Origin: Mantamonas sphyraenae STR306
Taxonomy: Eukaryota; Protista; CRuMs
Length of the DNA stretch: 64,000 nucleotides
Direction of reading: 5' to 3'
Assembly (NCBI GenBank): GCA_026936335.1
Contig: JAPMXV010000007.1
Location: forward strand, 186,001 to 250,000
Below are positions 14,912-26,600 of the stretch, piece after piece. The position numbers and the translations under genes are program-made. The notes beneath the pieces are model-generated. The model was not told the origin of the DNA. It was given only the letters and a program-made list of their open reading frames with translations, and made no database searches. The stretch's first letter is position 1, and each line of letters opens with the position of its first letter.

Positions 14912-17647
14912 TCAACCACCCAAATGCTCCTGTGCCAGTTTGTGGAGGACCATCATGGCCGCAATGGCCATATCACGACATTCTTCGTCTGCGTCGCCCT
15001 CGTACACCGTCTGCAGCCATGCACGCATCTCCTCGACTTCGGACAAGCAGTACACCTGCATCACATGCCAGGGCAGGGTCACGTACACGGCGTGCACTGC
15101 AAACAGGAGTGCCTTGCGCACAGACGTCTGTTTGTGGTATCGAAGGTGCAGCAGCATGGCCAGCACCCGACGGCACCAAACGCCGCAATTTGGGGCGTTC
15201 CCATTGCTACGCACAACCCAGCCCATTGTCACCAGCCACTGCTGCAGCACCTCACTCTGTTCACCCATCCAGTTGAACGCCCATGCCGCCGACGACTGCT
15301 CCAGCGGTGCCAGCAGACCATGCAGAAAGACCTCGGCATGCTCCTGGAACGCATTCGTGTACGCTGTCTGTTTGCTTGTGCCCTCTCCCTCACGTCCACC
15401 CCATCGACGTGTCTTGCTCGCCACTCGTGCGTCGATTTCTTCCCGCGCGCGTGCCATGCGTTCTGCGTGCGCTTGCATCTCGTCCTGCAGCGCCTCCATA
15501 TCCACATCCTCCCCGCCGGCACGCACCTTGTCCACCACATACCTCCAGCTGCTCGCATGACTTGCCTCCAGAACCTCGTTGCTCGACTCTGTGCTACTGC
15601 TGTTGCTGCTGCTGCTGCTGCTCGATCCTGCGTTGGCCACACTCAGTTCCCGGGACGCCTCGGCAAGGACCACGAGCATGTCGATACGCTGCCCAAGGCT
15701 GTAATTCTCTGCATGCACCTGTGCACACAGCCACGGGGACACCACCCGTGTCGCACACACACACAGCGCCTTCAACGTGCCCATTCTCCGCGCTGCAAAA
15801 TCGCGCAATGCAAACCGGTCTGTCAGATTCACAAGCGTCTTGGCCATATCCACAGCCACATCATTCAGCTCCTCAGGTTCCTTGCGCACCATTGCCTCCA
15901 TCTCCTCCATCGCCCGTTCGAGATCATCCGCGTCTTCTGCTTCGCTGTTCTTACGCAATGCACGCAGAACCTCGCTCAGATACCCAGGGCGCTTTCCAGC
16001 CTGCAAATCATCTGTGTCGTCGTCAAGCGCATAGCCCACCAGTGAGTCTGCGTCGCTGTCTCCGTCGGCTGCCCTTTGCCCACCCACACCAATCAATCCC
16101 AGCAACCGACTTCCATCGTCTCCCTCCTCGCTCTCCTCGTCCTCTATCCACTCTTCGTCATCCTCTTCTTCTTCCTCCTCCTCCTCAACAGACTCTTCAT
16201 CCTCACTCTCTGTGCCAAACACAAATTCGTTTGGATCGATCTCGACTTTCACATCCACCTTCTTCTGCCTTCTCCTCCTTCCACGTTGCCGCTTGCTCGT
16301 GTTCTCATGCTCCACCGGCCCATTCTCTTGCACTCCATTGTCCAACTCGATTTCGGACTCTGCCTTCACCTCCTCGACACCGTCCCATTGGGCCAAACGG
16401 ACAATCTCCTCCACCGCTGCATCAAAGACAACCCCAAACTCAAGCGGTCGCTCATCGCGAGCCAAGCGAGACATGTGCTCGCCAACAGCCATGGAAAGAT
16501 GCCTGTGCAGTGCCTGATTGCTTGCAAGACCCGCTTGAACGCCGTTCATCAGCCCGGCTGCGATGTCGTCCAATGCCCTCCCTGCCTCCACACGCGACTC
16601 CTGCACGTGCACATGCATGCATCTCATGAGCGAAAATACCACGTGGACTTGCTCCTCTCGCGTATGGCGCGCATAGAAGGAGGCTTGCGACCATTCTTGC
16701 ACCACGCGCTCCAGTAGCCACGCACGCCAGTCCTCAGGCACACACGCCACCACAGCCACAACCCCGTGGAAACCCACCTCTTTGCGTAGCATGCAACGCT
16801 CCAGTAATGCGTGTTTCACGCTCCCGTTGTCACGTGCAAGCCCGGCTTTCAGCACTCCGTCTGCACACACGCACGCACGCTTCCAGTCTTTGGGTAGACT
16901 CTCCAGAAGCGCACCTACCATGCGCACGCACTGGGTCCGTGGCATGTCGTTTATGCCGTGAGCCACGCTGTCCCAGCCCCAAGCGTCGGCCGCTGCCACT
17001 ACGCCCGCAAACAGGCTTGCCTGGCCCAGACGGCACATCCTTGCTGCTACCCACGCCACCACTTGACGCGTGTCTGCTTCCAATGCACCCAGACACACCT
17101 GGTGCAACACGTGCTGCTCCTGCAGACCGCTCGGCACGTTTCCCCTTGTTACATTTGCCACCACACTCGGCACACGGCAAACCTCCTCGAGTACGTGACG
17201 CCACCCTTGCTCTTCCCACACATTCGCGGCATCCCGCACCACCCGTTGCACGTGTCTGTGTACCCATCCCTCCAGACACGCCACCGCAAACAAAGTCTGA
17301 TCTCGCCGCTCCAAGCGAGCGCTCACTGCCTCCACCATCTCTTCCGCGCGCTTGCCTGCCTCACCCACCTTGCGTACCACAAACTCTTGGTCCATAGAAC
17401 CAGAGGAGGAAGGCATCATACCCGTCCCCTCTTCTTCAGGGTCTTTGCGCTCTTCATTCCGTCGCCGCAGAAACGCCAGTAGCACCTCCAACGCCGTCAC
17501 AATGACATCCTCTTCCAAGAATTCTTCCTGTAACGCCTTCAACTCTCCTCGCGTCATGGACACCCCTTCCCGAGGCACTATCTCATCCAAAATGCACACA
17601 AGCCGGGATTCCATTCGTTCCTTTTCCTTCCTCCACTCGCGCAGCAT
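14912..17647 (-). CDS. TELO2: Telomere length regulation protein TEL2/TELO2 (TTT complex)
   Basis: 911-aa helical ORF. An acidic linker with a DSDAD-S-L-x-x-Y motif (cf. the TEL2 DSDD motif) is followed by a Telomere_reg-2-like segment: YLSEVLRAL...ELNDVAVDMAKTLVNL...RRMGTLKALCV...NYSLGQRIDML. Confidence 0.85.
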   Translation of the reverse strand: MLREWRKEKERMESRLVCILDEIVPREGVSMTRGELKALQEEFLEEDVIVTALEVLLAFLRRRNEERKDPEEEGTGMMPSSSGSMDQEFVVRKVGEAGKRAEEMVEAVSARLERRDQTLFAVACLEGWVHRHVQRVVRDAANVWEEQGWRHVLEEVCRVPSVVANVTRGNVPSGLQEQHVLHQVCLGALEADTRQVVAWVAARMCRLGQASLFAGVVAAADAWGWDSVAHGINDMPRTQCVRMVGALLESLPKDWKRACVCADGVLKAGLARDNGSVKHALLERCMLRKEVGFHGVVAVVACVPEDWRAWLLERVVQEWSQASFYARHTREEQVHVVFSLMRCMHVHVQESRVEAGRALDDIAAGLMNGVQAGLASNQALHRHLSMAVGEHMSRLARDERPLEFGVVFDAAVEEIVRLAQWDGVEEVKAESEIELDNGVQENGPVEHENTSKRQRGRRRRQKKVDVKVEIDPNEFVFGTESEDEESVEEEEEEEEDDEEWIEDEESEEGDDGSRLLGLIGVGGQRAADGDSDADSLVGYALDDDTDDLQAGKRPGYLSEVLRALRKNSEAEDADDLERAMEEMEAMVRKEPEELNDVAVDMAKTLVNLTDRFALRDFAARRMGTLKALCVCATRVVSPWLCAQVHAENYSLGQRIDMLVVLAEASRELSVANAGSSSSSSSNSSSTESSNEVLEASHASSWRYVVDKVRAGGEDVDMEALQDEMQAHAERMARAREEIDARVASKTRRWGGREGEGTSKQTAYTNAFQEHAEVFLHGLLAPLEQSSAAWAFNWMGEQSEVLQQWLVTMGWVVRSNGNAPNCGVWCRRVLAMLLHLRYHKQTSVRKALLFAVHAVYVTLPWHVMQVYCLSEVEEMRAWLQTVYEGDADEECRDMAIAAMMVLHKLAQEHLGG

Positions 17648-17665
17648 TCATTGACACACACGACA

Positions 17666-20600
17666 TCACACATCGGGGGGTGCGCTGCACGCAAGCGCCG
17701 CTCCCCTCTTCACCCAGTGCTCCGGTTCTTGGTTGCGTGACGGCAGATCAAGCGCAAGGATAAAGTTTGTCGAGTGGCCTGTCGTGCTGAGTTCGCCCAC
17801 CCGCGATTGCGTTCGGTACAGTGGGCACTCGTAGTTTTCGTCCTCCACCACCAGCGACTCGTAAAGTTCGTTCTCTGTCGGCTCCAGCCAGATCACAGGC
17901 ATCTCCTCGCGCAGCTGGCCCGGGTGTGCCTCTGCAAGCGAGTAGGACGCTGCGTCCCAGCTTGCGCCCTCCAGAAACAGGCCGTGCACGTAGATTCCGC
18001 TCTCGGGCTGGCCGTCCAACTCTTTTGTGTTGCGCGTGTGCATCACGTGCGTCTGAAGACGCAGCATGTCCACCGCCTTGCGTGTTTTGCGCGCGTGGTA
18101 CTGCATGGTGGCCGTGATCAGTCCCTGCGGGAAGAAAAGACCTCCCATCCAAAAGCTCACCGGCACTCCGTTCTCAATCCAGTCCTCCACAAACTCGAAG
18201 CGCTTCTGCAGGTCCACCATCCACGCTCCGAGGCCAAGCTCGCTCGGGTACGCCAGCTCCGCCCACGATTCCGGCACGCGTCCGAATCGCATCGACGAAA
18301 ACACTTCCTCCAACTGGTCGCTCATCACGTCCAATCCCTGCAACGCACGCTCCAGGCTTGCAAGTGACATGGAAATGTGGTCCAACAGTGCGTTGTACCG
18401 CACGCTCTCCTGCGCCACCAGCGTCCCAAACGAGTTCACCGTTCCGTCAATCTCTGCAAACACACTTGCGTGTGCCTCCTCCACCACCAGACGTCCCGGA
18501 AGCTGCATCTGCATCTCCTTGATTGTGCGCAGCACCGTTTCCTCTGCGCTTCGTGCAGTTGCACCCACGCCCATGCGTGGTTGGATCGCCAGAATCGTGT
18601 CCAGCATTGCGTCCACCTCCTTCAGCTGGTAGACAATGTCTGCGTTGGCGTGCAGACCAAACACCTCGGGCGGGTCATTCAGAGGCAACGAGGCAATGTA
18701 CTGCCTGTAGTTGCGCAGCGAACCCTCCTGTGGCACGTGATACACTCCGTTCTCCGTGATGTTGTACTCCGATCCCACAGACAGCATGTCTGCGTTCAGG
18801 AATTCCTCAAGCATCACATTCACAGTGCGCGCGTCCCACAGGTCCGTCACACGTCCGCCGTAGTTGATCTCGCCAATGATGTACTGCAGCGCAGCAAACG
18901 GGTCTTCCTGCTCCTCCAGATACAGCTTCACCGTGCGGATGCTCACGAGCAGATCGTCGTTGTTCCACTCGTACGGGATGTTGAATCCAATCGGCCCAAA
19001 GTGGCGCCTGTCCTGGATCACTGCATGGAAGAACGCCAAACCAAACAGCAGCCGCTTCCACTCTTCCACACGTGAGCTCCCGCTGAACGTCTCCTCCGTA
19101 ATGTCCAGGAAAGTGCGCATCATGTTCGCTTTCAATCCTCGCGGCGGCTCGTACGTCAGTTTCAGTCCGTTCTGCAGGATCGGCACAGGAAACTTGTCCG
19201 TCGGCATGCTTGTCAACCACAGGCGGAAGTCCACGTCGGGCTCTTGCGCATGGCTCCCTACGTCCAGCTTCTTCTCCAGCGTCGGCATCCACGACTCGCT
19301 CAGATGGCAGTTTTGCAAACATACCCAGTTGCCCTGATACCTTCCCTGTTCCAGCGCACGCGCCGCTCCTGGTCCTTGGCCCTGACCCAACGAGATGATC
19401 TCGAAGCGTTCGCTGTACCCCAACTCCGCCGCCAGATCCGTCAGGTAGCTTGTCGGATCGGCACCCGGGCTCAGAATAAAGATGATCGGCGTGCTCGGCG
19501 AACTCTCCCAGTACGCCTTGCGCAAATCAAACAGCGGCGGTTCCACAAACTCGCTGCCCAGCACCTGCGACACAAGCTGCTGCGACCCAAGCACAACCTT
19601 TTCTGGACGCAGCACACGCAGCAGAAGCAGCTTGCCAAACGCAGGGACCCGTTGGTTCCACGCGCCCGGCAGTGGGAATGCATGAGGCTTCTCGCTCGTC
19701 GCGTACTGTTTCCATCCTTCCGGGTCGCTCTCCACACCCGCACACAGACCTCCAAATGGCTCCACCTGCTCCAGGCTCTCCAAAGCCGCCCACTGCGACT
19801 CTTTCAACCACTCGCTGCACGGGTTCGGCTTCGACGCAGCCACTCCCGTCTTGCGACCGGCGCTCAAGAAGAACTGCCAAGCCTCGTCGCTCACCTGGCC
19901 CTGGTCGCGCAGGATGGAAATGCACATCAGAAACGCAAACAGGCGCTTGTCCTTGTTGAACAGACCCCTGCACACGCTGTTGTAGATCGACTCTGTCGCC
20001 GCACGGATCAGGCTGCGGATGCGTTCCGACAGCACGCTGCTGCGCTCCGTTTTCTGGATGCACTGGTTGAACAGGTTCGTGAAAAAGGACAGCGAGTACT
20101 GGTACATCGGGTCGATCAGCGCAAGGTCCGACACCACAAAGTACATCAACGCACCACGGCGCGCCACATCCCTGTACTCGTCGCGTGCCTTGTCAATGGC
20201 CGCGTTTGTCACCTGCGCCTCTTCCAGACGCGCCGCAATGTCGCTCGACGTCGTCTTGCTCGCTGCTAGCGTGTTGATCATCGTCTCGTCCTCAAGCAAC
20301 CTGCGCGTCTCGCCCATCAGACTCAGGATCTTGTCTTCGATGTCGCGCAGCTGCTGCTTGTCTTCGTTGATCTGCACCACCAGCGAGTCCTTGCTCTCTT
20401 CCAGTTGCGGTCGCTCGATGCGCACCACGTCCGACAACAGTTGGTCCTCCAGGCCGTCCAGACTCACCGTGAAATTGATCAGCGTCACCTTGATGCACAC
20501 CTCCGGCATAAAGTGCGGATTCGGCAGCTTCGTCGTGATGTACATGCGAAAGTCTGGGTTGTAGTCCACCTCCACGTCGCCGATGCGGATCAGCGTGCGC

Positions 20601-23600
20601 CCTGCCTTGCGGTACGTCTGTCGCGTCAGCACAGGATCCAGCATCTTGTCCAGCGTCTCGCCCACTCCCTCCAGCAGCACTGTAGCTCCCACACGCACCG
20701 CATTTTCCAGCGTGCGCATCAGGTTCGGGTCGCCCATCTTCACTGCCTGCAGGTTGTTCGATCGCTCCAGCTTCTTGATCCACAGGTTCGCCTGGTTCTG
20801 CGGGTCGATCATCAGCGGCCATCGTCGGCTGTGTGTCACCAACAGCGCGTTTTCCACCGCCAGCGAGTTGTCCGGCAGACCCATCATGTTCCACTTGCGC
20901 ACTTCGATGTCCTCCGCCAGGATCCCTCGGAAGTTCCAGCCCTCGTTCAGATCCAGCTTCGCCTCCTCCATGAACGCCAGCCACTGTCCCATCAGCTCTC
21001 GTCGGAATCTTTCCGTGAATGGTCCCATGTATGACGTGTACGCCGCTGCCACAAACATGTTGCCCACCACAGAAGACTGCTGCTTCTCCAGCGACACCTT
21101 TTCCGCCTCCCAACGCGTCCTCTCGTCGCCCAACCGCTCCAGCAGCTTCTCGGCTCGCTCCAGACGCGTCTTGGTGTCCTGCATTTGCTCCTCCAACTGT
21201 TGCTTCTTGCGTTCGCTCTTGTCATACTTTTGCTGCAGCGCATCCACGCGCTCCTCGATCTCTCCCAGCTCTTCCTGCTTCTTTTCCAGTACCTTGAGCG
21301 ACGCCGTCAACTCCTCTTCGGCCTTGGTCAGCGCAATCTGCTTCGGCAGCACCGTTTTGTACACGTTTGCAAACTGGTGGATGGCACGCACCCACATGCA
21401 GATGCTCATCGCCGCCGTCGACACGTTGGCCAGGTAGTCCGGATGGAACTTGGGGTTGTTGATGTAGCGTCGGATGGCCTTGAGCACGCTCTCTGGGATG
21501 TTCTTGTTGTCGTACTCTTCCAGCGAGCGCAGGAACTGCGTGTCGCTCATCAACTTCTGCCCCTCGGCCCAGCTCGGCTTGGCTCCGCGCAGAATGCACA
21601 CCGCTTCCATCACAAGCACCACCGCGTCGGGAGGCTTCTTGAAACTCTTCATCTCGGTCACATCGTGCCTGTTCAGCGCCTTCAGCGCAAGCATCGCCTC
21701 TTCGTAGTACGGCATTGCGTCGTCCAGTTCCTGCTGGCACGCATCGCGCACACGCTCCATCTCCTTGCTGATCTGCATCACTTCGTCCTCTTCCACCTCC
21801 ACGTTGCGCTTCACCTTGTTGGCCACCTTTTTCTCCGCGCCAAACTTTTCCAGCAGGTTGCGTGCGTTCGTCGTGGCCACCTCCAACACACCCTGCATCT
21901 GCTTCAGGTCCTCCTGCATCTCGCCCACATCCTTCTTGGTGTTGTTCAGCGTCTCCAGACCCGTGGCAAAGCGCTGGATGCGCTCGTGGATGCTTTGGCG
22001 CTTCCCACCCAGCATCTGCTGGTACTGCTGCAGCAATTCCAGATACGATGCAGGTGTCGTGTACGTCCTGCGTCGCAGCTCGTCGTAAAACTTGTCACCC
22101 ATCTCCTCCACGGAACGGTGCATGTGCAGGCACGCCTGCGCAAGCACCTGCCGCTGCAGCGCCACCTCGTCGCCTTCAAACTCGCTCAGGCGCTTCTCTG
22201 CCACGGACAACAGAGCCTCGTCCGTCCAGGCGTCGTACCAGTCGATCGTACAGCAGTTCACCAGCGACGGAAACTGCCTGCACCACGTGCGGAACCGGTC
22301 GCCGATCGGACTCAGACACAACACAACATGCAGATGTGCACGCACCTTGTCCACAAACCAGTTGAAGATACCGCTCTTGCTGTCCGGAATCTCTCGCTTG
22401 TTGCGTGTCGTCGCAATCACCTGGGAGATCAACGCCTCGCGCTCGTCCGTTGCGTACAGTCCTGGCACTTGGCCGCTGTTCAACAGGTTGTTCACGTCTT
22501 CCAGCAGGCCCTCGTCCACAATCTGCGAGTCCGTCAGCAAGAAGCACACGTCGCGTTCCTCCAGTCCCGCTCGCTGGTAGATCTCTTTCAGTTTCTCGCG
22601 AAAGTCGTCCAGCGAGAACGTCTTTTTGATTTCCACCTGCTCGCAGTCCATGCCCGCAATGTGGCACGCCAACATGGCCGTGGTCTTTCGTCCGCTGCCA
22701 CTCACGCCAACCAGCATCGCGTTGCCGCGCGGCTGTCGCAGGATGCGACACAGACGCACCACGTGCTCCACCGCCTCGTGGAAGAACACAATGTCCATGA
22801 CCGTCGAGCTCAGCGAGTTGTAGTCGTCCAGAAAGTCTTCCAGCACAGTGACCACATGCTTCATGTCCCACGCCTCGGCGTAGTCTCGGCTGTATCCGCT
22901 CTCGTGGTCTGCAACGCCGCCTGCGAGCGCTTCGTCTTCGTCGTCGACGGCCACCTCCATTTCGTCATCGCTGTCCGGAGGCACCCCTTGCAGAAAGTCG
23001 CAAAACAGGATGTCCCGGAAGTCCTCCTCCTTCCATGTCTGCTGGAAGTACTTGCTGATCATTTCCAGCACAAGCGAGTCGTACCAGGCGCGATCCTCGG
23101 CGCTAACCAGACGGTCGCGGAACACACGTGCACTCTCGTGCACCCACAGGCGCACAAGCGTCGTGTCCTTCTGCAGGTACACCGGTTCAATCTGCATGAT
23201 GCCTTGGATCACCTGCGACAGGTCGCGCAGGTTGAACGTGTAGTGCGACTTCATCGGCGTCGGCAACAACACCTCGGTCACCTTGGTGTACACCTCCATG
23301 GCGGCAAGCACAACCTGCTGCGAAAGCATGGCGCACTCTTCTGACACACCCGGGTTCGACAGGAACCCACCCAGAATCGAGCCAAAGATCTTGTTGGTCG
23401 AGTTCAGGCCCAGCACGGGGATGTTCAACACGTTGAAGTGCCGCACCAGGCGCGGCGTCATGGTGTTGCGTCCTCCACCCGGCGGCCCACACGCCACAAT
23501 GAACTGCGTATCCAGAATCTTCTTGAAGAACAGCCTCTTCATGTCGTACAGGCCACCGCTGTCGATGCACTGCCGCAGCAGCTCGATCGCCGGCTGCGAC

Positions 23601-26600
23601 CCGTTGTCGATACGTGGCATGTTGACATCGTCGATGAAAAACAGCATCTTCTTGTCCAGGGGCGGCGTGAGGAACTTGTTGCGCCGCTTGTCCAGGTTGT
23701 GCTCAATCCAGCCCTGGAAATCCTGCACCGTCGTGCGTGCGCTGAAATTGACGTTGGTGGTCACATACGACGACCCCGGCGCATTGGTCATGCGGTTGAT
23801 CAGATCCTTGATGATGAGTGACTTGCCCACACCCGACACTCCTGTGATCATCACGTCCTTGCCGTTGCTGACCAGGGCCTCGGCGATGTACGAGATGCGC
23901 ACCGTGTCCACCGTGGGCACCACCATCTTGTGGAAGGCCATTCCCGGTTCGTAGCGGAACACCTTGAGTGTGTCCTCCCACAGGCGGAACGAAGCCGTTT
24001 CTTCGTCCACGAAAAAGTCAAACACCGTGCGCATCTTGGGGAAGGACAGGTACACGTTGCCAATCATGGCGCGTGCAAACTCGCTAAACATGGACACGCG
24101 GCTGCCTTCCAAGTTGCTGCCAAACGACCAGATGTACGCAAAAACAAAGTACGCGCTGACCAGCTCTGCGACAAACGCGCGGTTTCCGTCCAGCAGCACC
24201 ACGCCGCGGTCAGCTTTCAGAAAGCACTCCAGCATCTTGATGAAGTTCATCACAATGTGGTTGTCAGTCAGCTGAATGGGCCCCTGAGCCTGTTCGCGCA
24301 GAAACTGCAGCGTGGGGTCCACGATTGCATCCATCCATCCCATCAGCTGGTCGTCAAAGCCCGGCAGCCGGCGCTCCAGCTTTTGGCAGAACGACTCGGC
24401 CAGAGCGCGCCACGTAAGCTGCGCGCTCTCCAGGTACACCATACCACAACGGCTGATGGTAGCTGGCGAGGCACCCCGCAGGTTGAATGTCTCAAACAGC
24501 ATTGTGATCGACGGCGGCAGCTTGATGCGCTGGCCGTTGGACAGACACAACATCTTGTTGTCGTCCAACACAGTGTTCATGTCTTCGATCCATTCCGCGT
24601 CCACGGGGCCGTCAAACGTGACCCAGTGCAGGCCGCTGTTGGCAGACTCCTTGGCGCGGTTCACAAGCAGGGCCACCACGCCGTTGCGCCACTCGCGCGT
24701 CACTTGGTTGTGCGCACCGTACAGATCCTCCTGAGACAGAGCCTTGGGATTGAGCGGATAGATGCTCACGGGCTGGTAGGTGTCGTCCTGGACGTCGTCG
24801 TTGGTGTACAGCGAGCTCAGCGACTCGGCAAGGATTTTGTAGCACGTGGACTTGCCCGTGAGAGGGGCACCCACAAGCATCACACCGTGGCGCACCTGCA
24901 TTGTGTCGTACAGCTGCATGACCTTGCTGACGAGCTCGGGCACGCTCTGCAGATCGTGCTTCTCCAGCGTGGCCGCCACTTCGCGCTCCAGCAGGCCGTG
25001 CTCCACAGGCGGGATGTTCACCTCTGGGAACAGGTCCTGAATGATGGCCAGGAACAAAGGTGTGTCCTCCACCAGCAATTTGGGCAGGTTGGACTCGCGC
25101 AGCGCGCGGATCAGCAACATGTCCTCGCTGATGTCCGTGTTCTGCCGCTTGATGGCACCAGCCATGAGGAGAACACTCTTCAGGGCACGCATGCCAAAGT
25201 CGTAGTGGTGCTGCTGCGACAGCTGCTGCGAGCTCAGTTTGTACAGGTTGACCATCTTGCTCGCAAGTTCGTGCGCCGTCTGGAATCCCTCACTGTACAG
25301 AACAATCTCTGCGATGCGAGCGTAGTCCGGAATCATCATGGCCACGGGGCGGAACAGAGCCTTGAGGTTGTCCGGCAGCTCCGTGCGGCCCTTGTAGCCC
25401 GGATTCATCGTCACAAACACGCCAAACGTCGGCTTCAGCGCAATCTCCTTTGGCCCAAACACAAACTTGGTGCGTCCACTCGACAGTGCCTTTTGGATGC
25501 TGTGAAGCTGCTGGGCAATCACACTCAGCACTTCGATGTCGATGCGGTTAAACTCGTCGAAGCACGCCCAGCAGCCGGCCTGCGCGAGTCCAGAGAAAAA
25601 GCGACCCATCATGCGGTAGTACAAGCCCTGGGAGCAGTTGTACACCACACAGCGCTGACCCAGCGATTTCGCCAGGTCTTTTGTGGTCTCCGTCTTACCT
25701 GTGCCTGCGGGGCCCGAGGGAGCGCCGCCGAGATGCAGATGCAGAGCAGACGTCAGGGTCAGATAGCACTTGTCTGTCAGGGGCGTGATTACCAGGCGTG
25801 TGGTGTTGCCCAGGTATTCGTATCCATACTCGAAGCTTGCGTTTGTTTGGCGAATGACGCAGTTGTCGGCCTCGGGCACCCAGTAGAAGCGCAGCTGGCG
25901 GAACCACTCAAAGTCCTGCACCGAATTGACGCCCTGGTCAATCATGGATTCGAGCACGTCTCGTCCGTGCACGTTGATCACAATGAGCGTGTTGAGCAGC
26001 TGCCTGTGCAGCGGCGTCAAGTCCCCGCGCACAAGTTCGACCATCTGGTTGATCTGATCCGCCATCAACGCGTGCACCTTGCGCAGCGCGTGCGGGTCGC
26101 GGTCGGCCTGCATCTCCGTCAGCGCATCCGTCACCAGATGCGTCCACAGGATCTGATCCACAGTGAGGATGCATTGCGCGGGCCAGTTGCCAAACAACCA
26201 GTCTGCTCGCTTGTGCGGCGTGTACTCCTCCAGGCACTCCTTGAGATTGCGGTACAGCGACTCGCGCATCATCTTCTCCACCGTGCCCAGCCAGTACTCC
26301 ACCTTGCCCTTGGCCACCACGGGGGCGTTGAACTCCACCACCTCGCCCTCTTCGCTGACCATAGCCTTGACGTTCTGCGTGGTGCGGCTCTCGTAGAACA
26401 CGAGTTCGTAGATGCCGTCGAAGCACTTGGGCAGGTGTTCCTGCACGGCCTTGGGCTCGCGCACCTGCGCCAGGATCTGCAGCAGCTCGTCGTTGGACAG
26501 AAAGTAGAAGCGAGGGAACGCGGTGCGCTTGGTTTCCAAGTAGTCTTCCAGCGTTTTGAGGATGTCTTCGAGCAGCTGGTTGCAGTTGAGAAACATCTCC

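Noticed and set aside
22680-22720. Dynein AAA4 Walker A reads GSGRK rather than GSGKx
   Set aside because: AAA4 P-loops of axonemal dyneins are commonly degenerate; this is not evidence of a pseudogene.
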